A DNA stretch of 64,000 bases from Gemmatimonadota bacterium (lineage in GTDB: Bacteria; Gemmatimonadota; Gemmatimonadetes; Gemmatimonadales; GWC2-71-9), in NCBI GenBank assembly GCA_031375485.1, contig JANMHX010000328.1, positions 64,008 through 128,007 on the forward strand, read 5' to 3'. The position numbers and the translations under genes are program-made. Under the pieces are notes generated by a model. The model searched no databases and was not told the origin of the DNA. It saw only the letters and a program-made list of their open reading frames with translations. Shown in pieces: positions 45,267 to 54,345 of this stretch. Each line of letters begins with the position of its first letter. The first letter of the stretch is position 1.

Positions 45267-46610
45267 ATGCGATGGCTCCGAACCCGCGGCGCTCTGATCG
45301 CAGCCATCACGACCCTCATCCTCGTGCCAGGAGCTTGGTTGCTGGCCCGCGACAAGGGCACCGCCGATTCCCCGGTCGTGGCCCGGGTCAAACGGGGCGA
45401 ATTCAAAGTCACCGTCACCACCTCCGGCGAACTCCGGGCCCTCAAGTTCGTCCAAATAACCGTCCCGCAGAATTCTCAGCAGGCCGAGGCGTACCAGATG
45501 AAGATCGCCTCGATCGTGCCTGAAGGAACGGTGGTCAAGGCTGGTGACGTCGTCGCAGACCTCGATCGGTCTACCCTCGCCAACAAAATGGCCGAAGTGG
45601 GCCTCGCGCTCCAAAAGGCCGAGGCGGTGCACGAACAGGCCCGGCTCGACTCCACCCTCAATCTCTCCAAAGCCCGCGAAGAGATGAAGACTATGGAGCT
45701 CGGCTTGGAGGAAAAACGGCTGGCCAAAGAACAGGCCGTGTATGAAGCCCCCACGGTCAAGCGCCAAGCCGAGATCGACTATGAAAAGGCCGAGCGGGCC
45801 CTGGCGCAGGCCAAGATCGACTACAAAACCAAAACCGAGCAGGCCCAGGCCAAGATGCGGGAAGTCGGCGCCGACCTCGAGCGCCAGCGCAATAAGCTCA
45901 CCGTGGTCAGGGAAGTGATGGAAGGATTCACCATCCGCGCTCCGGCCCCCGGCATGGTGATCTACGTCAAGGAGTGGAACGGGAAGAAGCGCACCACGGG
46001 CTCGCAGGTCTCCGCCTGGGACCCGGGGGTGGCGACGCTGCCCGATCTCACGAAGATGGAGTCGGTCACCTATGTCAACGAGATCGACGTCCGGAAGATT
46101 GCCGTCGGGCAAATGGCCACGATCTCCCTCGATTCCGATCCGAGCAAAAAATTGACCGGTGCGGTGACGAGCGTGGCGAACGTGGGCGAGCAACGCCCGA
46201 ACAATGACGCGAAGGTGTTTGAGGTCAAGATCCAAGTCGAGGAAGCCGACACGACGCTGCGGCCGGGGATGACCACGGCCAACGCGATCGAAACCCTGAA
46301 GACTGACAGCGTCCTGTTCGTGCCGCTCGAGGCGGTCAACAGTGAAAACGGGATCCCGTTCGTTTTCAAGAAAACCGGGAGCCGGGTCACTAAGCAGGAG
46401 GTGGCCCCGGGGTCGTTGAACGACGATGAAGTCGTCATCCTGGCCGGCTTGGCGGTTGAGGACCGGGTCCTGCTCGCGCCGCCCGCCGACCGCGATCGCC
46501 TCGCGATCGTCCGCCTGCCCGGTTCGACGGCCGGCGCCAAACCCGAAGGCGGCGACACCGTGGCGCCGTCGGTTCCGCTCGGGGGTACGCCCGCCAAGCC
46601 GAAGTCCTGA
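45267..46610 (+). CDS. efflux periplasmic adaptor (HlyD/MacA-like membrane fusion protein)
   Basis: Has an N-terminal TM anchor, a long coiled-coil hairpin (EKAEAVHEQARLD...AKIDYKTKTEQAQAK) and beta-barrel motifs (IRAPAPGMVIYV). Confidence 0.85.
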   Translation: MRWLRTRGALIAAITTLILVPGAWLLARDKGTADSPVVARVKRGEFKVTVTTSGELRALKFVQITVPQNSQQAEAYQMKIASIVPEGTVVKAGDVVADLDRSTLANKMAEVGLALQKAEAVHEQARLDSTLNLSKAREEMKTMELGLEEKRLAKEQAVYEAPTVKRQAEIDYEKAERALAQAKIDYKTKTEQAQAKMREVGADLERQRNKLTVVREVMEGFTIRAPAPGMVIYVKEWNGKKRTTGSQVSAWDPGVATLPDLTKMESVTYVNEIDVRKIAVGQMATISLDSDPSKKLTGAVTSVANVGEQRPNNDAKVFEVKIQVEEADTTLRPGMTTANAIETLKTDSVLFVPLEAVNSENGIPFVFKKTGSRVTKQEVAPGSLNDDEVVILAGLAVEDRVLLAPPADRDRLAIVRLPGSTAGAKPEGGDTVAPSVPLGGTPAKPKS

Positions 46611-46612
46611 TC

Positions 46613-48007
46613 ATGCGGCTCGATCGGGAAACGCTGGCTCGCTGGCGGGCCCAGTTCATGGCCCAGGCGGTCTTCAGCCTGCGGATTGCCCTCGAGGCGG
46701 TCCAGCACAACAAGCTCCGGGCGGCCTTGACGTCGCTCGGCATCTTGTTCGGCGTGGCATCGGTCATCGCCATGCTGGCCATCGGCAAAGGCGCCGAGCA
46801 GGAAATCCTCGAACAGATGCGGCTGCTCGGATCGAACAACGTGATGATTACGCCGCTGGTCGAGCAGAAGGAAGAACTGGCCAAGGAGCAGCCCGAGAAG
46901 CAGGTCAAAAAATTCTCGCCGGGGCTCACCTATGCCGATGCCGTGGCCCTGGCGCGGGTCATTCCGGGTGTCGAAGCCACCAGTGCGGAGATCGTGATCA
47001 ACACCTCGTTGACGCGGGAAGGCCGCCGCCGGTCCGGCAAGTTGGTGGGTGTCGACACCTCGTATTTCCGGCTCACCAATCTCGATCTCAGCCGCGGAAA
47101 ATGGTTCACCCCCCTGCAGGTGGAGCGGGGCCTTCCGGTGGCCATCATCGGCTCCGGGGTCCGGACCCGGTTCTTTACCACCGAAAACCCGGTCGGCCGG
47201 CCGCTCAAAGTCGGCGATACCTGGGTGACCGTGGTCGGGGTGCTGGCCGATCGGCGGTTCAGCAACGCCACGGCCGACCGGCTCGGCATTCGCGACGCCA
47301 ACATGGACGTCTACATCCCGGTCCACACCATGTTGATCCGGTTTCGGAATCGGGCCCAGTTGACGCAACGCGACATTGAAGCGGCGGCCCGGGAAGGTGA
47401 CTTCACGCCCAACGCCGCTCCCGAGCCTGAGGAACAGCGGAAAGAGCGCACCAATACCAATCAGCTCGACCGGATCATTGTTCGCGTCGCCGATTCGAAG
47501 CAGGTGCCCGCGATCGCCGAGATCGCCCAGCGGATGTTGGCGCGGAGGCACAACGCGGTCATCGATTTCGAGGTGGCGGTGCCGGAGCTGCTGCTGAAGC
47601 AGGAACAACGCACCAAGACCATCTTCAATATCGTATTGGGGGCGATCGCCTCGATCTCCCTGATCGTCGGCGGGATCGGCATCATGAACATCATGCTCGC
47701 GTCGATTCTCGAGCGGATCCGGGAAATCGGGGTCCGCCGGGCGGTCGGAGCCACCCAGAACGAAATCCTGTTCCAGTTCCTGAGCGAGGCGGTGCTGATC
47801 AGCGTGGCCGGCGGGGTCGTCGGTATTCTGGTCGGCCTGGCGTTGAGCAGCGGGATCGAACGGCTCGCGGACATCCGGACGATCGTGTCGTATCCCTCGG
47901 TGTTCGTGGCCTTCGGGGTGTCGTTCGCCACCGGCCTCGTGTTCGGCATCGTGCCGGCCTATCGGGCGGCGAAGCAGGATCCCGTGGTCTGTCTCCGTTA
48001 CGAATGA
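46613..48007 (+). CDS. ABC transporter permease, MacB-like periplasmic domain + FtsX domain (no fused ATPase)
   Basis: The N-terminus is ALEAVQHNKLRAALTSLGILFGVASVIAM. The C-terminal FtsX motif is GGIGIMNIMLASILERIREIGVRRAVGAT. Confidence 0.85.
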   Translation: MRLDRETLARWRAQFMAQAVFSLRIALEAVQHNKLRAALTSLGILFGVASVIAMLAIGKGAEQEILEQMRLLGSNNVMITPLVEQKEELAKEQPEKQVKKFSPGLTYADAVALARVIPGVEATSAEIVINTSLTREGRRRSGKLVGVDTSYFRLTNLDLSRGKWFTPLQVERGLPVAIIGSGVRTRFFTTENPVGRPLKVGDTWVTVVGVLADRRFSNATADRLGIRDANMDVYIPVHTMLIRFRNRAQLTQRDIEAAAREGDFTPNAAPEPEEQRKERTNTNQLDRIIVRVADSKQVPAIAEIAQRMLARRHNAVIDFEVAVPELLLKQEQRTKTIFNIVLGAIASISLIVGGIGIMNIMLASILERIREIGVRRAVGATQNEILFQFLSEAVLISVAGGVVGILVGLALSSGIERLADIRTIVSYPSVFVAFGVSFATGLVFGIVPAYRAAKQDPVVCLRYE

Positions 48008-49464
48008 GGCCTCTCTCCATGGCGATGAGTCGTTCCGCCGGCCTGGCCGGTGTGCTGGTGGCTTCGGTCGCGTGGGCCCAGCCGCCGATCAAGTTGGCCG
48101 ACGCCATCAGGATGGCGCAGGAGCGGAGCTTTCAGGCCCAAGGGGCCAAAGCCACGTACGAAGCGGCCCGGTTTCGGGACAAAGCGTTCTATTCTCGGCT
48201 CCTGCCCCGGCTCTCGATCGGCGGAACCGTGCCGGCCTACAACCGGTCGATCATCCAAGTCATTCAGCCGGACGGGAGCACCCTGTTTCGGCCCCAGAAC
48301 CTGACCAGTTCGGCGCTCACGGCCACGATGTCGCAACGCCTCCCGGTGCTCGGGGGTGATTTCTTCGTGTCCTCGTCGCTGGCCCGGTTGGCCGTGACCG
48401 GTACTCAGTCGGTCAAGACGTGGTCGTCCACGCCGGTGTCCTTCGGAATCCGCCAGTCGATCTTCCGGCCCAACGCGCTCGAATGGGACCGCCGGGAACA
48501 ACCGGCCCGGGTCGAAGTGGCCGAGCGCCAATATCGGGAGGCCCGCGAAGACATCGCGCTCGCGACCGCCAATCTGTTCTTCGACGTCCATGCCGCCCGG
48601 GTGGCCCTCGCCAACGCGCTCACCAACGCGGCCGTCAACGATACGCTCTACACCCTGAACAAGGGCCGGTTCGAGGTCGGGAAGATCGGCGAGAACGACC
48701 TCCTCCAAAGCGAGCTGGCGCTGCTCCGGTCCCGCACCACGCTCGACGGAGCCCGGCTCGAGTACGACCGGACCGTGGCGGCCCTTCGGCTCGGCCTCAA
48801 CCTGCCGGTCGGATCACCGCTTGAAATCGAGGTCACCACCGTCGTCCCGACGTTCGAGGCCGATACCACGCGCGCCGTCGCCGAGGCGCTCCGCAACCGG
48901 TCCAGTGTCACGGAAGCCGAGCTGCAGGAAACCCAAGCCGACCGCCGGATCGCCGAGGCCAAACTGAACAACGGTTTTGGGGCGACGGTCCAGGCGAGCT
49001 ACGGCTTCAACGCCTCGGCGCCCGAGCGGAACCTCGCATATCAGAATCTGCTCGAAGCCCGGCAATTCTCGCTCTCGGTTGACGTGCCGCTGCTGCAATG
49101 GGGCGCCCGGAAAGAAGCGATCGGCGCCGCCCGCTCCGATCGAGACCGGGCAGTGAGCAACTCGCGCGGTGTCCTGGCCCAGGCCGCTCAGGATGCCCAT
49201 TTTGCGGCGCTCCAACTTTCTCAGGCCCGCCGCTCCCTGGCCCTCTCGGCCAAGGCCGATACCGTCGCGGGGAAACGGTTCGAGGTGGCCTACAACCGGT
49301 ACGTGATCGGGCGGATCCAGATCGACAACCTCTACGTGGCCCAAACGGAAAAGGACCAGGCGCTGGCCCAGTTCGTTCAGTCCCTCCGGGGCTACTGGCA
49401 GGCGTACTTCCGGCTCCGGCGCGCCACGATGTTCGATTTCGAAGCCGGAGCCCCGATTCAATAG
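48004..49464 (+). CDS. TolC-family outer-membrane efflux protein
   Basis: The start has an ATGA overlap with the permease stop. It has a signal peptide and two repeated alpha-helical/beta-barrel halves typical of the OEP family. Confidence 0.8.
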   Translation: MRPLSMAMSRSAGLAGVLVASVAWAQPPIKLADAIRMAQERSFQAQGAKATYEAARFRDKAFYSRLLPRLSIGGTVPAYNRSIIQVIQPDGSTLFRPQNLTSSALTATMSQRLPVLGGDFFVSSSLARLAVTGTQSVKTWSSTPVSFGIRQSIFRPNALEWDRREQPARVEVAERQYREAREDIALATANLFFDVHAARVALANALTNAAVNDTLYTLNKGRFEVGKIGENDLLQSELALLRSRTTLDGARLEYDRTVAALRLGLNLPVGSPLEIEVTTVVPTFEADTTRAVAEALRNRSSVTEAELQETQADRRIAEAKLNNGFGATVQASYGFNASAPERNLAYQNLLEARQFSLSVDVPLLQWGARKEAIGAARSDRDRAVSNSRGVLAQAAQDAHFAALQLSQARRSLALSAKADTVAGKRFEVAYNRYVIGRIQIDNLYVAQTEKDQALAQFVQSLRGYWQAYFRLRRATMFDFEAGAPIQ

Positions 49465-49529
49465 CCGGCCCCGATGGTGGCGGGTATCTTGGTGGGGTCG
49501 CCTCGTCCCCTACCATTCGGAGTCCCCGT

Positions 49530-51377
49530 ATGCTCCGCTCCGCCGTCCGTTCGCTCGTCTTGGTTGCCATGCTCGCGGGTCCCGCCGCCGCGCAGCGAAC
49601 CGTCAAACCCGTTCTCCACGGCCGCCATTGGGTGGCCATCACCGGCAAGCCGCTCGCCGCCACCGCCGGCGCGATGATCTTTCAGCGCGGAGGCAACGCC
49701 GTCGACGCCACCTGCGCGATGCTCGCCGCCGTCACCACGATGTGGGATGTGCTCTCCTGGGGCGGTGAGACCCAGGCCCTGATCTACCATCCCGGTCTGA
49801 AGAAAGTCATCGGGATCAACGCCCTCGGCGTCGCGCCGACGGGGGCCACGCCGGAGTTCTACCGCGCCAAGGGAATGAACTATCCGCCCGAGTACGGTCC
49901 CCTGGCCGCAGTAACCCCGGGGACCCCGGGTGGGCTGATGACGATGCTGGCGGAGTACGGCACCATGTCCCTGGCGGAAGTGTTGGCGCCGGCCATCCAA
50001 ATGGCGGACGGCTATCCGATCGAGGCCCAGACTGCCAATAGCATCGAGAGCCAGAAGGCCTGGATCAAGCAGTGGCCCTATTCGAAGGCGCTGTTCCTGA
50101 CCCATCCCGGCCAGAAGCGGGAGGCGCCAAACGCCGGGGAAATTTTCCAGCAAGCCGACTTGGCCGTCACGCTCCGGAAGCTGGTCGAGGCAGAAGCCCG
50201 AGCCAAAAAGGCCGGCAAATCGCGGAAAGAGGCGATCTACGCCGCGTACGACCGGTTCTACAAGGGAGACATCGCGGCAGAAATCGCCCGGTCCACCCAG
50301 GAGCAGGGTGGCTTGATCACGGTCGAGGATTTGGCCAACTGGAAGGTGAAGATCGAGGAACCCTTGTCGACCACCTACCGGGGGATCGAGGTCTTCAAAC
50401 TGCGAGAGTGGCAGCAGGGACCGGCGCTGCTCCAGGCCCTCAATATCCTCGAGAACGCCGACCTCAAGTCGATGGGCTACAACAGCACCCGGTACGTCCA
50501 CACCGTGTATCAGACCATGAGTCTGGCGTTTGCCGATCGGGACTTTTACTACGGTGACCCGGCGTTTCCGCCGGCGACCCCGATCAAGGGTCTCCTGTCG
50601 AAAGAGTACGCCAAACAGCGATTCGGCGAGATCAACTGGACCGAGAACGACCCGACAATCAAACCCGGTGATCCGTATCCGTTCCAAGCCGGCCAGAACC
50701 CGTTTCTCGAGGTTCTGAAGAACTGGCCGCCCAAGCCCAAACCGCAGCCGAACACCACCGACCAGGCCGCCATGTCGTTCGATGAGGCGTTCCGGGCGGG
50801 AACCACGTCCATTCAAGCGGCCGACGAAAGCGGCTGGGTCGTGTCGGTCACCCCGAGTGGCGGATGGGTCCCGGCGGTCATCGCCGGGAAGACGGGGGTC
50901 GGGCTGAGCCAACGAGCCCAGAGTTTCGTCCTCGACCCCGCCGAAAGCCCCTTCAACGTGATGGCGCCCGGCAAACGACCGCGGGTCACCCTGACCCCGA
51001 CGTTGGCGTTGAAGGACGGCAAGCCCTACGCGTCATTTGCCGTGCAGGGTGGCGACACCCAGGATCAGAACCTGCTCCAGTTCTTCCTCAACATGGTGGA
51101 GTTCGGGATGAACGTGCAGCAGGCCGTCGAAGCGCCCAACATCGCGAGCTATCAGATGCGGAGTTCGTTTGGGGCCCACGACTCGCGGCCCGGCCGGATG
51201 ACCCTGAACGAGAGCATGCCGCCCTGGGTCCGCGACGACCTTCGGAAAATGGGCTACACGCTCGACTTTGCCCGGAGCACCTCCGGGCCGATCAACGCGA
51301 TCTTCTTTGACTGGGTCCACGGATCGTTCTGGGGCGGCTCGAGCGCCGACGGCGAAGACTACGGCATTGCCTGGTAG
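49530..51377 (+). CDS. ggt: gamma-glutamyltransferase family protein, secreted
   Basis: The internal ATG at 49530 gives the signal MLRSAVRSLVLVAMLAGPAAAQ. The autoprocessing/nucleophile context is AGTTSIQAAD. The C-terminal motif is GGSSADGEDYG-like. Confidence 0.85.
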   Translation: MLRSAVRSLVLVAMLAGPAAAQRTVKPVLHGRHWVAITGKPLAATAGAMIFQRGGNAVDATCAMLAAVTTMWDVLSWGGETQALIYHPGLKKVIGINALGVAPTGATPEFYRAKGMNYPPEYGPLAAVTPGTPGGLMTMLAEYGTMSLAEVLAPAIQMADGYPIEAQTANSIESQKAWIKQWPYSKALFLTHPGQKREAPNAGEIFQQADLAVTLRKLVEAEARAKKAGKSRKEAIYAAYDRFYKGDIAAEIARSTQEQGGLITVEDLANWKVKIEEPLSTTYRGIEVFKLREWQQGPALLQALNILENADLKSMGYNSTRYVHTVYQTMSLAFADRDFYYGDPAFPPATPIKGLLSKEYAKQRFGEINWTENDPTIKPGDPYPFQAGQNPFLEVLKNWPPKPKPQPNTTDQAAMSFDEAFRAGTTSIQAADESGWVVSVTPSGGWVPAVIAGKTGVGLSQRAQSFVLDPAESPFNVMAPGKRPRVTLTPTLALKDGKPYASFAVQGGDTQDQNLLQFFLNMVEFGMNVQQAVEAPNIASYQMRSSFGAHDSRPGRMTLNESMPPWVRDDLRKMGYTLDFARSTSGPINAIFFDWVHGSFWGGSSADGEDYGIAW

Positions 51378-51380
51378 AGG

Positions 51381-51794
51381 CTACGGCTCCAGTCTGAAGG
51401 AGGGGGTGTGGCGGGGCCGGACCGCCGGAAAGTGGCGCCGGTCCGTCGTGAGCAAGGTGGTGACGAGACCTCGCTCGGCGGCCGCCACGAGGCTCGCGTC
51501 GACAAAACCGAGCCCAACCGACTCAAACTGCCTGACGAGCTCGGCGATCCGGGCCAGGTCGTCATCGGCCAGGAATGGGTCCAGCAGGAATTCGCCGTCC
51601 GCCAACGCTCGGATGAACAGTGATTCGGCTCGCGGCCCGATCCGGGTGGCCAGCAAGTGGGTGACCTCGGGCAGGATCGTCTCTGGGAGCCGAATCTGGC
51701 CGGCGTTCCGCTCCCAGAAACCGGCCACCCGGGCGTGCCACGCATCGTCCCGATCGAGCAGCGCGAACACGGCCCCGGTGTCGGCGAGGATCAC
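51381..51794 (-). CDS. vapC: PIN-domain toxin (VapC-like)
   Basis: The GTG start overlaps the antitoxin stop (GTGA). PIN acidic residues are present in ILADTGA, LPETIL, FVDASL and TTDRRHF. Confidence 0.8.
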   Translation of the reverse strand: MILADTGAVFALLDRDDAWHARVAGFWERNAGQIRLPETILPEVTHLLATRIGPRAESLFIRALADGEFLLDPFLADDDLARIAELVRQFESVGLGFVDASLVAAAERGLVTTLLTTDRRHFPAVRPRHTPSFRLEP

Positions 51795-52024
51795 CGATGG
51801 GGATCCTGCCACAAGAGTTCGTCGACCCGCTCCGCCGTATCGGAATGGCCCGAGGCGAACTGGCCGGCCAAGCTGGGCAGTTTGCGTTTCATGTGGTCCT
51901 CCTCTGTGATGTGCTCCAGGAGCGCCTCGCGCACCACTTGGGCGAAGCTCTTTCCTTCTTTGGTTGCGTAGCGCCGGGCCTTTTTCAAGAGATCCTCTTC
52001 CAGGAAAACCGTGGTTCGACGCAT
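51791..52024 (-). CDS. vapB: ribbon-helix-helix antitoxin (VapB/CopG-like)
   Basis: The N-terminus MRRTTVFLEEDLLKKARRYA has the typical RHH beta-strand plus helix. It sits immediately upstream of, and is coupled to, the PIN gene. Confidence 0.8.
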   Translation of the reverse strand: MRRTTVFLEEDLLKKARRYATKEGKSFAQVVREALLEHITEEDHMKRKLPSLAGQFASGHSDTAERVDELLWQDPHR

Positions 52025-52060
52025 GGCATATATATGCCATCATGGATATGCCTTCGTCAA
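52025..52060 (-). promoter_or_regulatory. vapBC promoter/operator: perfect palindrome GGCATATATATGCC abutting the vapB ATG, extra GGCATAT half-site, TTGACG -35-like box
   Basis: The minus strand reads TTGACG-aaGGCATATccatgatGGCATATATATGCC-ATG. The palindrome is at 52025-52038, the extra half-site at 52046-52052, and the -35-like box at 52055-52060. Confidence 0.55.
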
Positions 52061-52150
52061 GGGTCAGCCAGCCGACGACCCAAGCTAGGGCTTGGGTGAA
52101 GTCGGTGGTAACCAGATTTTCGGGGATTTGGAGCCTTCCGCCGCTGCCGG

Positions 52151-53485
52151 CTACCCGGGGATGACGAGTCGCTCCATCGCCTTCCAGCGGCCGCGGGTAA
52201 AATCCGGAATGGAGACCGGCTTGCTCCGGTTGGCCACTGACTGCTCGGTAGTGGCGCAGATCACGCTCCAGGCGGCGGCGTCATAGACGTTCTGGTCGGT
52301 CGGGAGCCCTTGGCGAAGGCAGTGGATGAGCCGCCAATCCTCCAGAAAATCCATCCCGCCATGGCCGCGGGTGGCCTGCTTGACCCGGTCCGATTTCCAG
52401 AGCGGGTGGTCGTGGCTTTCGAACCATCGCTCGATCGAATCCCACCGATCCTCCCGCTCGCTCTTGCCCTCGACGTAGACCCGGCGGGGATAGCCTTCGA
52501 CCAACCCCTTGGTACCCTGCAACACGTACTTGCGGCTATAGGGCCGGGGCAGGTTGGTGTCGTGGGTGATGTAGATGGTCTGGCCCCGAGTGGTGCGGAT
52601 CAGCGAGGTGTTCACGTCACCCAGCCGGTAGGTCTCCCTCCGCTTTGGGCTGTCGGCCGGGATGTGCTCGGCCGCCCAGGCTTGGAGGCCTCGGGACGGA
52701 CCGCTCATCGAGACCACGTAGTCGAACTGATTGCCTCGATTGATATCCATGGCCTGGGCAATGGGGCCGAGCCCGTGGGTCGGGTAGAAATTCCCGTTCC
52801 GTTTGGTGGCGTGGGCCCGCCGCCAGAGGCCTTCACCTTCGTCGGCGAACTTGATGGCCCGGAGGTCGTGGTTGTAGCCGCACTCTCCGTGGAGGATTTC
52901 GCCGAGGATTCCCTGCTGGGCGAGGTTCAAGGCCAGCATCTCGAGTTGGTCGTAGCAGCAGTTCTCCATCATGACGCAGTGCTTCTGATACCGCTCCGCG
53001 GCCTCGACCAGCGCCCAGCACCCCTCCACGGTATAGGCCGCGGGCACTTCGGTGGCGCCGTGCTTGCCATGGCTCAAGGCGGCCAGCAGAACCGGCACAT
53101 GCCATTCCCACGGCGTGGCCGTGAACACCAAGTCGAGGTCTTCCTCGGCGCAGAGCCGCTCGAAGTCGCGCTCCCCGCGGGTGTAGCCGGTCGGTTTTCG
53201 TTGGCCGGCCTTGACCGCCAGGTCCTGGGCCCAGGCCACCCGCTCGGGAACGATGTCACAGACCGCGGTGAGCTCGACGCCGTCGATGGCCAGGAGGTTC
53301 TCGACGTGGGTACCCCCCTGACCTCCGATGCCGACGAACCCGATCCGGACTCGATCCATCGGCGGAGCCCGGAAGAAACCGCCTGGCTCTGACTCGGCGT
53401 GGAGCAGCGAGGGCAGCAGCGAGGCTGCCGCCCCGAAGGCCGCGGTCTGTCCGAGAAAATCCCGGCGGGTCTGGTCAGGGGTCAT
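52151..53485 (-). CDS. Gfo/Idh/MocA-family NAD-dependent oxidoreductase with Tat signal (GH109-like)
   Basis: The Tat motif is TRRDFLGQTAAFGAAASLL. The Rossmann motif is IGFVGIGGQGG. Its length and pattern resemble the Tat-exported GH109/oxidoreductase group. Confidence 0.75.
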   Translation of the reverse strand: MTPDQTRRDFLGQTAAFGAAASLLPSLLHAESEPGGFFRAPPMDRVRIGFVGIGGQGGTHVENLLAIDGVELTAVCDIVPERVAWAQDLAVKAGQRKPTGYTRGERDFERLCAEEDLDLVFTATPWEWHVPVLLAALSHGKHGATEVPAAYTVEGCWALVEAAERYQKHCVMMENCCYDQLEMLALNLAQQGILGEILHGECGYNHDLRAIKFADEGEGLWRRAHATKRNGNFYPTHGLGPIAQAMDINRGNQFDYVVSMSGPSRGLQAWAAEHIPADSPKRRETYRLGDVNTSLIRTTRGQTIYITHDTNLPRPYSRKYVLQGTKGLVEGYPRRVYVEGKSEREDRWDSIERWFESHDHPLWKSDRVKQATRGHGGMDFLEDWRLIHCLRQGLPTDQNVYDAAAWSVICATTEQSVANRSKPVSIPDFTRGRWKAMERLVIPG

Positions 53486-54345
53486 GGGGTGCTCCCGGTG
53501 GTCCGGCGGATGAAGCCGACGAAGGCGGTCATGTAGGTGTCGCGGTCCAGTTCCCAGGCGGAATCGTGGTCTCCCCCTAACGCGATGAAGGCCTTGGGGT
53601 CGGGGGCCCCCCGGTAAAGCTCGGCGCCGTGCGCAAACGGAATCGTCCCGTCCGCCCGGGCGTGCATGACCAGGAGCGGCATTCGAAGCCTGCCGAGTTT
53701 GGCCTGGTTGTCAAACCGGTTCTCGGCCAGGGTTTCGATCGGCAAGTAGGGGTATCGCCCCTTGGCAACGCTCGGCACCGACAAGAACGTGCCTTCGAGG
53801 ATCAGCCCGGCGGCGGGCACCGTCACGGCCAGCTCCGTGGCCACGCCGCCCCCGAGCGAGTGGCCGTAGATGACGATCCTCGCCGGATCGATCCCGATCG
53901 TGTCTCGGACATAGGTGTACACCGACCGGGCGTCTTGATACAGGCCGAGCTCGGTCGGGGCGGAGTCGCTACTGGCGCCAAAGCCCCGGTAGTCGAACGC
54001 CACCACGTTGATGCCGTGCCGGACCGCATCGGCATAGAACCGCTGTCGCTTGAGGAGCGTGATGTTTCCGGCATTGCCGTGACACGTCACCAGCCAAGGC
54101 CCCGCGGGGTCGGCGGACCGGACGATCCAGGTCGCCAACTCGATACCGGGCGCCGGGCTGATCCGCCTCGTCTCGATGGCCAGACCGAGCGAATCGGCGA
54201 TCGGAATCTGTTCCCGGCCTCCGTATGAGGTAGGCTGGAACACCATCCGGGGCTCGTTGGCCAGCAGGTAGACGACCATCCCGCCGTAGCTCAACGCGGA
54301 AAGCCCGACCACGGCCACGACGCTCCGCCGAATGAACGGCCTCAT
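53482..54345 (-). CDS. alpha/beta hydrolase, membrane-anchored
   Basis: The ATG at 54345 has an ATGA overlap with the upstream gene. It has an N-terminal TM segment and the nucleophile elbow GHSLGG. Confidence 0.75.
   Translation of the reverse strand: MRPFIRRSVVAVVGLSALSYGGMVVYLLANEPRMVFQPTSYGGREQIPIADSLGLAIETRRISPAPGIELATWIVRSADPAGPWLVTCHGNAGNITLLKRQRFYADAVRHGINVVAFDYRGFGASSDSAPTELGLYQDARSVYTYVRDTIGIDPARIVIYGHSLGGGVATELAVTVPAAGLILEGTFLSVPSVAKGRYPYLPIETLAENRFDNQAKLGRLRMPLLVMHARADGTIPFAHGAELYRGAPDPKAFIALGGDHDSAWELDRDTYMTAFVGFIRRTTGSTP

Noticed and set aside
49098-49529. The ORF track gives a long N-terminal extension of the ggt ORF that overlaps the TolC gene by more than 360 nt.
   Set aside because: The extension is Arg/Pro/Gly-rich and low-complexity. 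A canonical signal peptide begins at the internal ATG at 49530, just after the TolC stop.
50652-50678. A third, partial copy of the ATCCGTAT block lies inside the ggt gene (GATCCGTATCC).
   Set aside because: Only the second block matches. The upstream block is degenerate and has the wrong spacing. The site is inside a coding region on the coding strand, so it is most likely chance.
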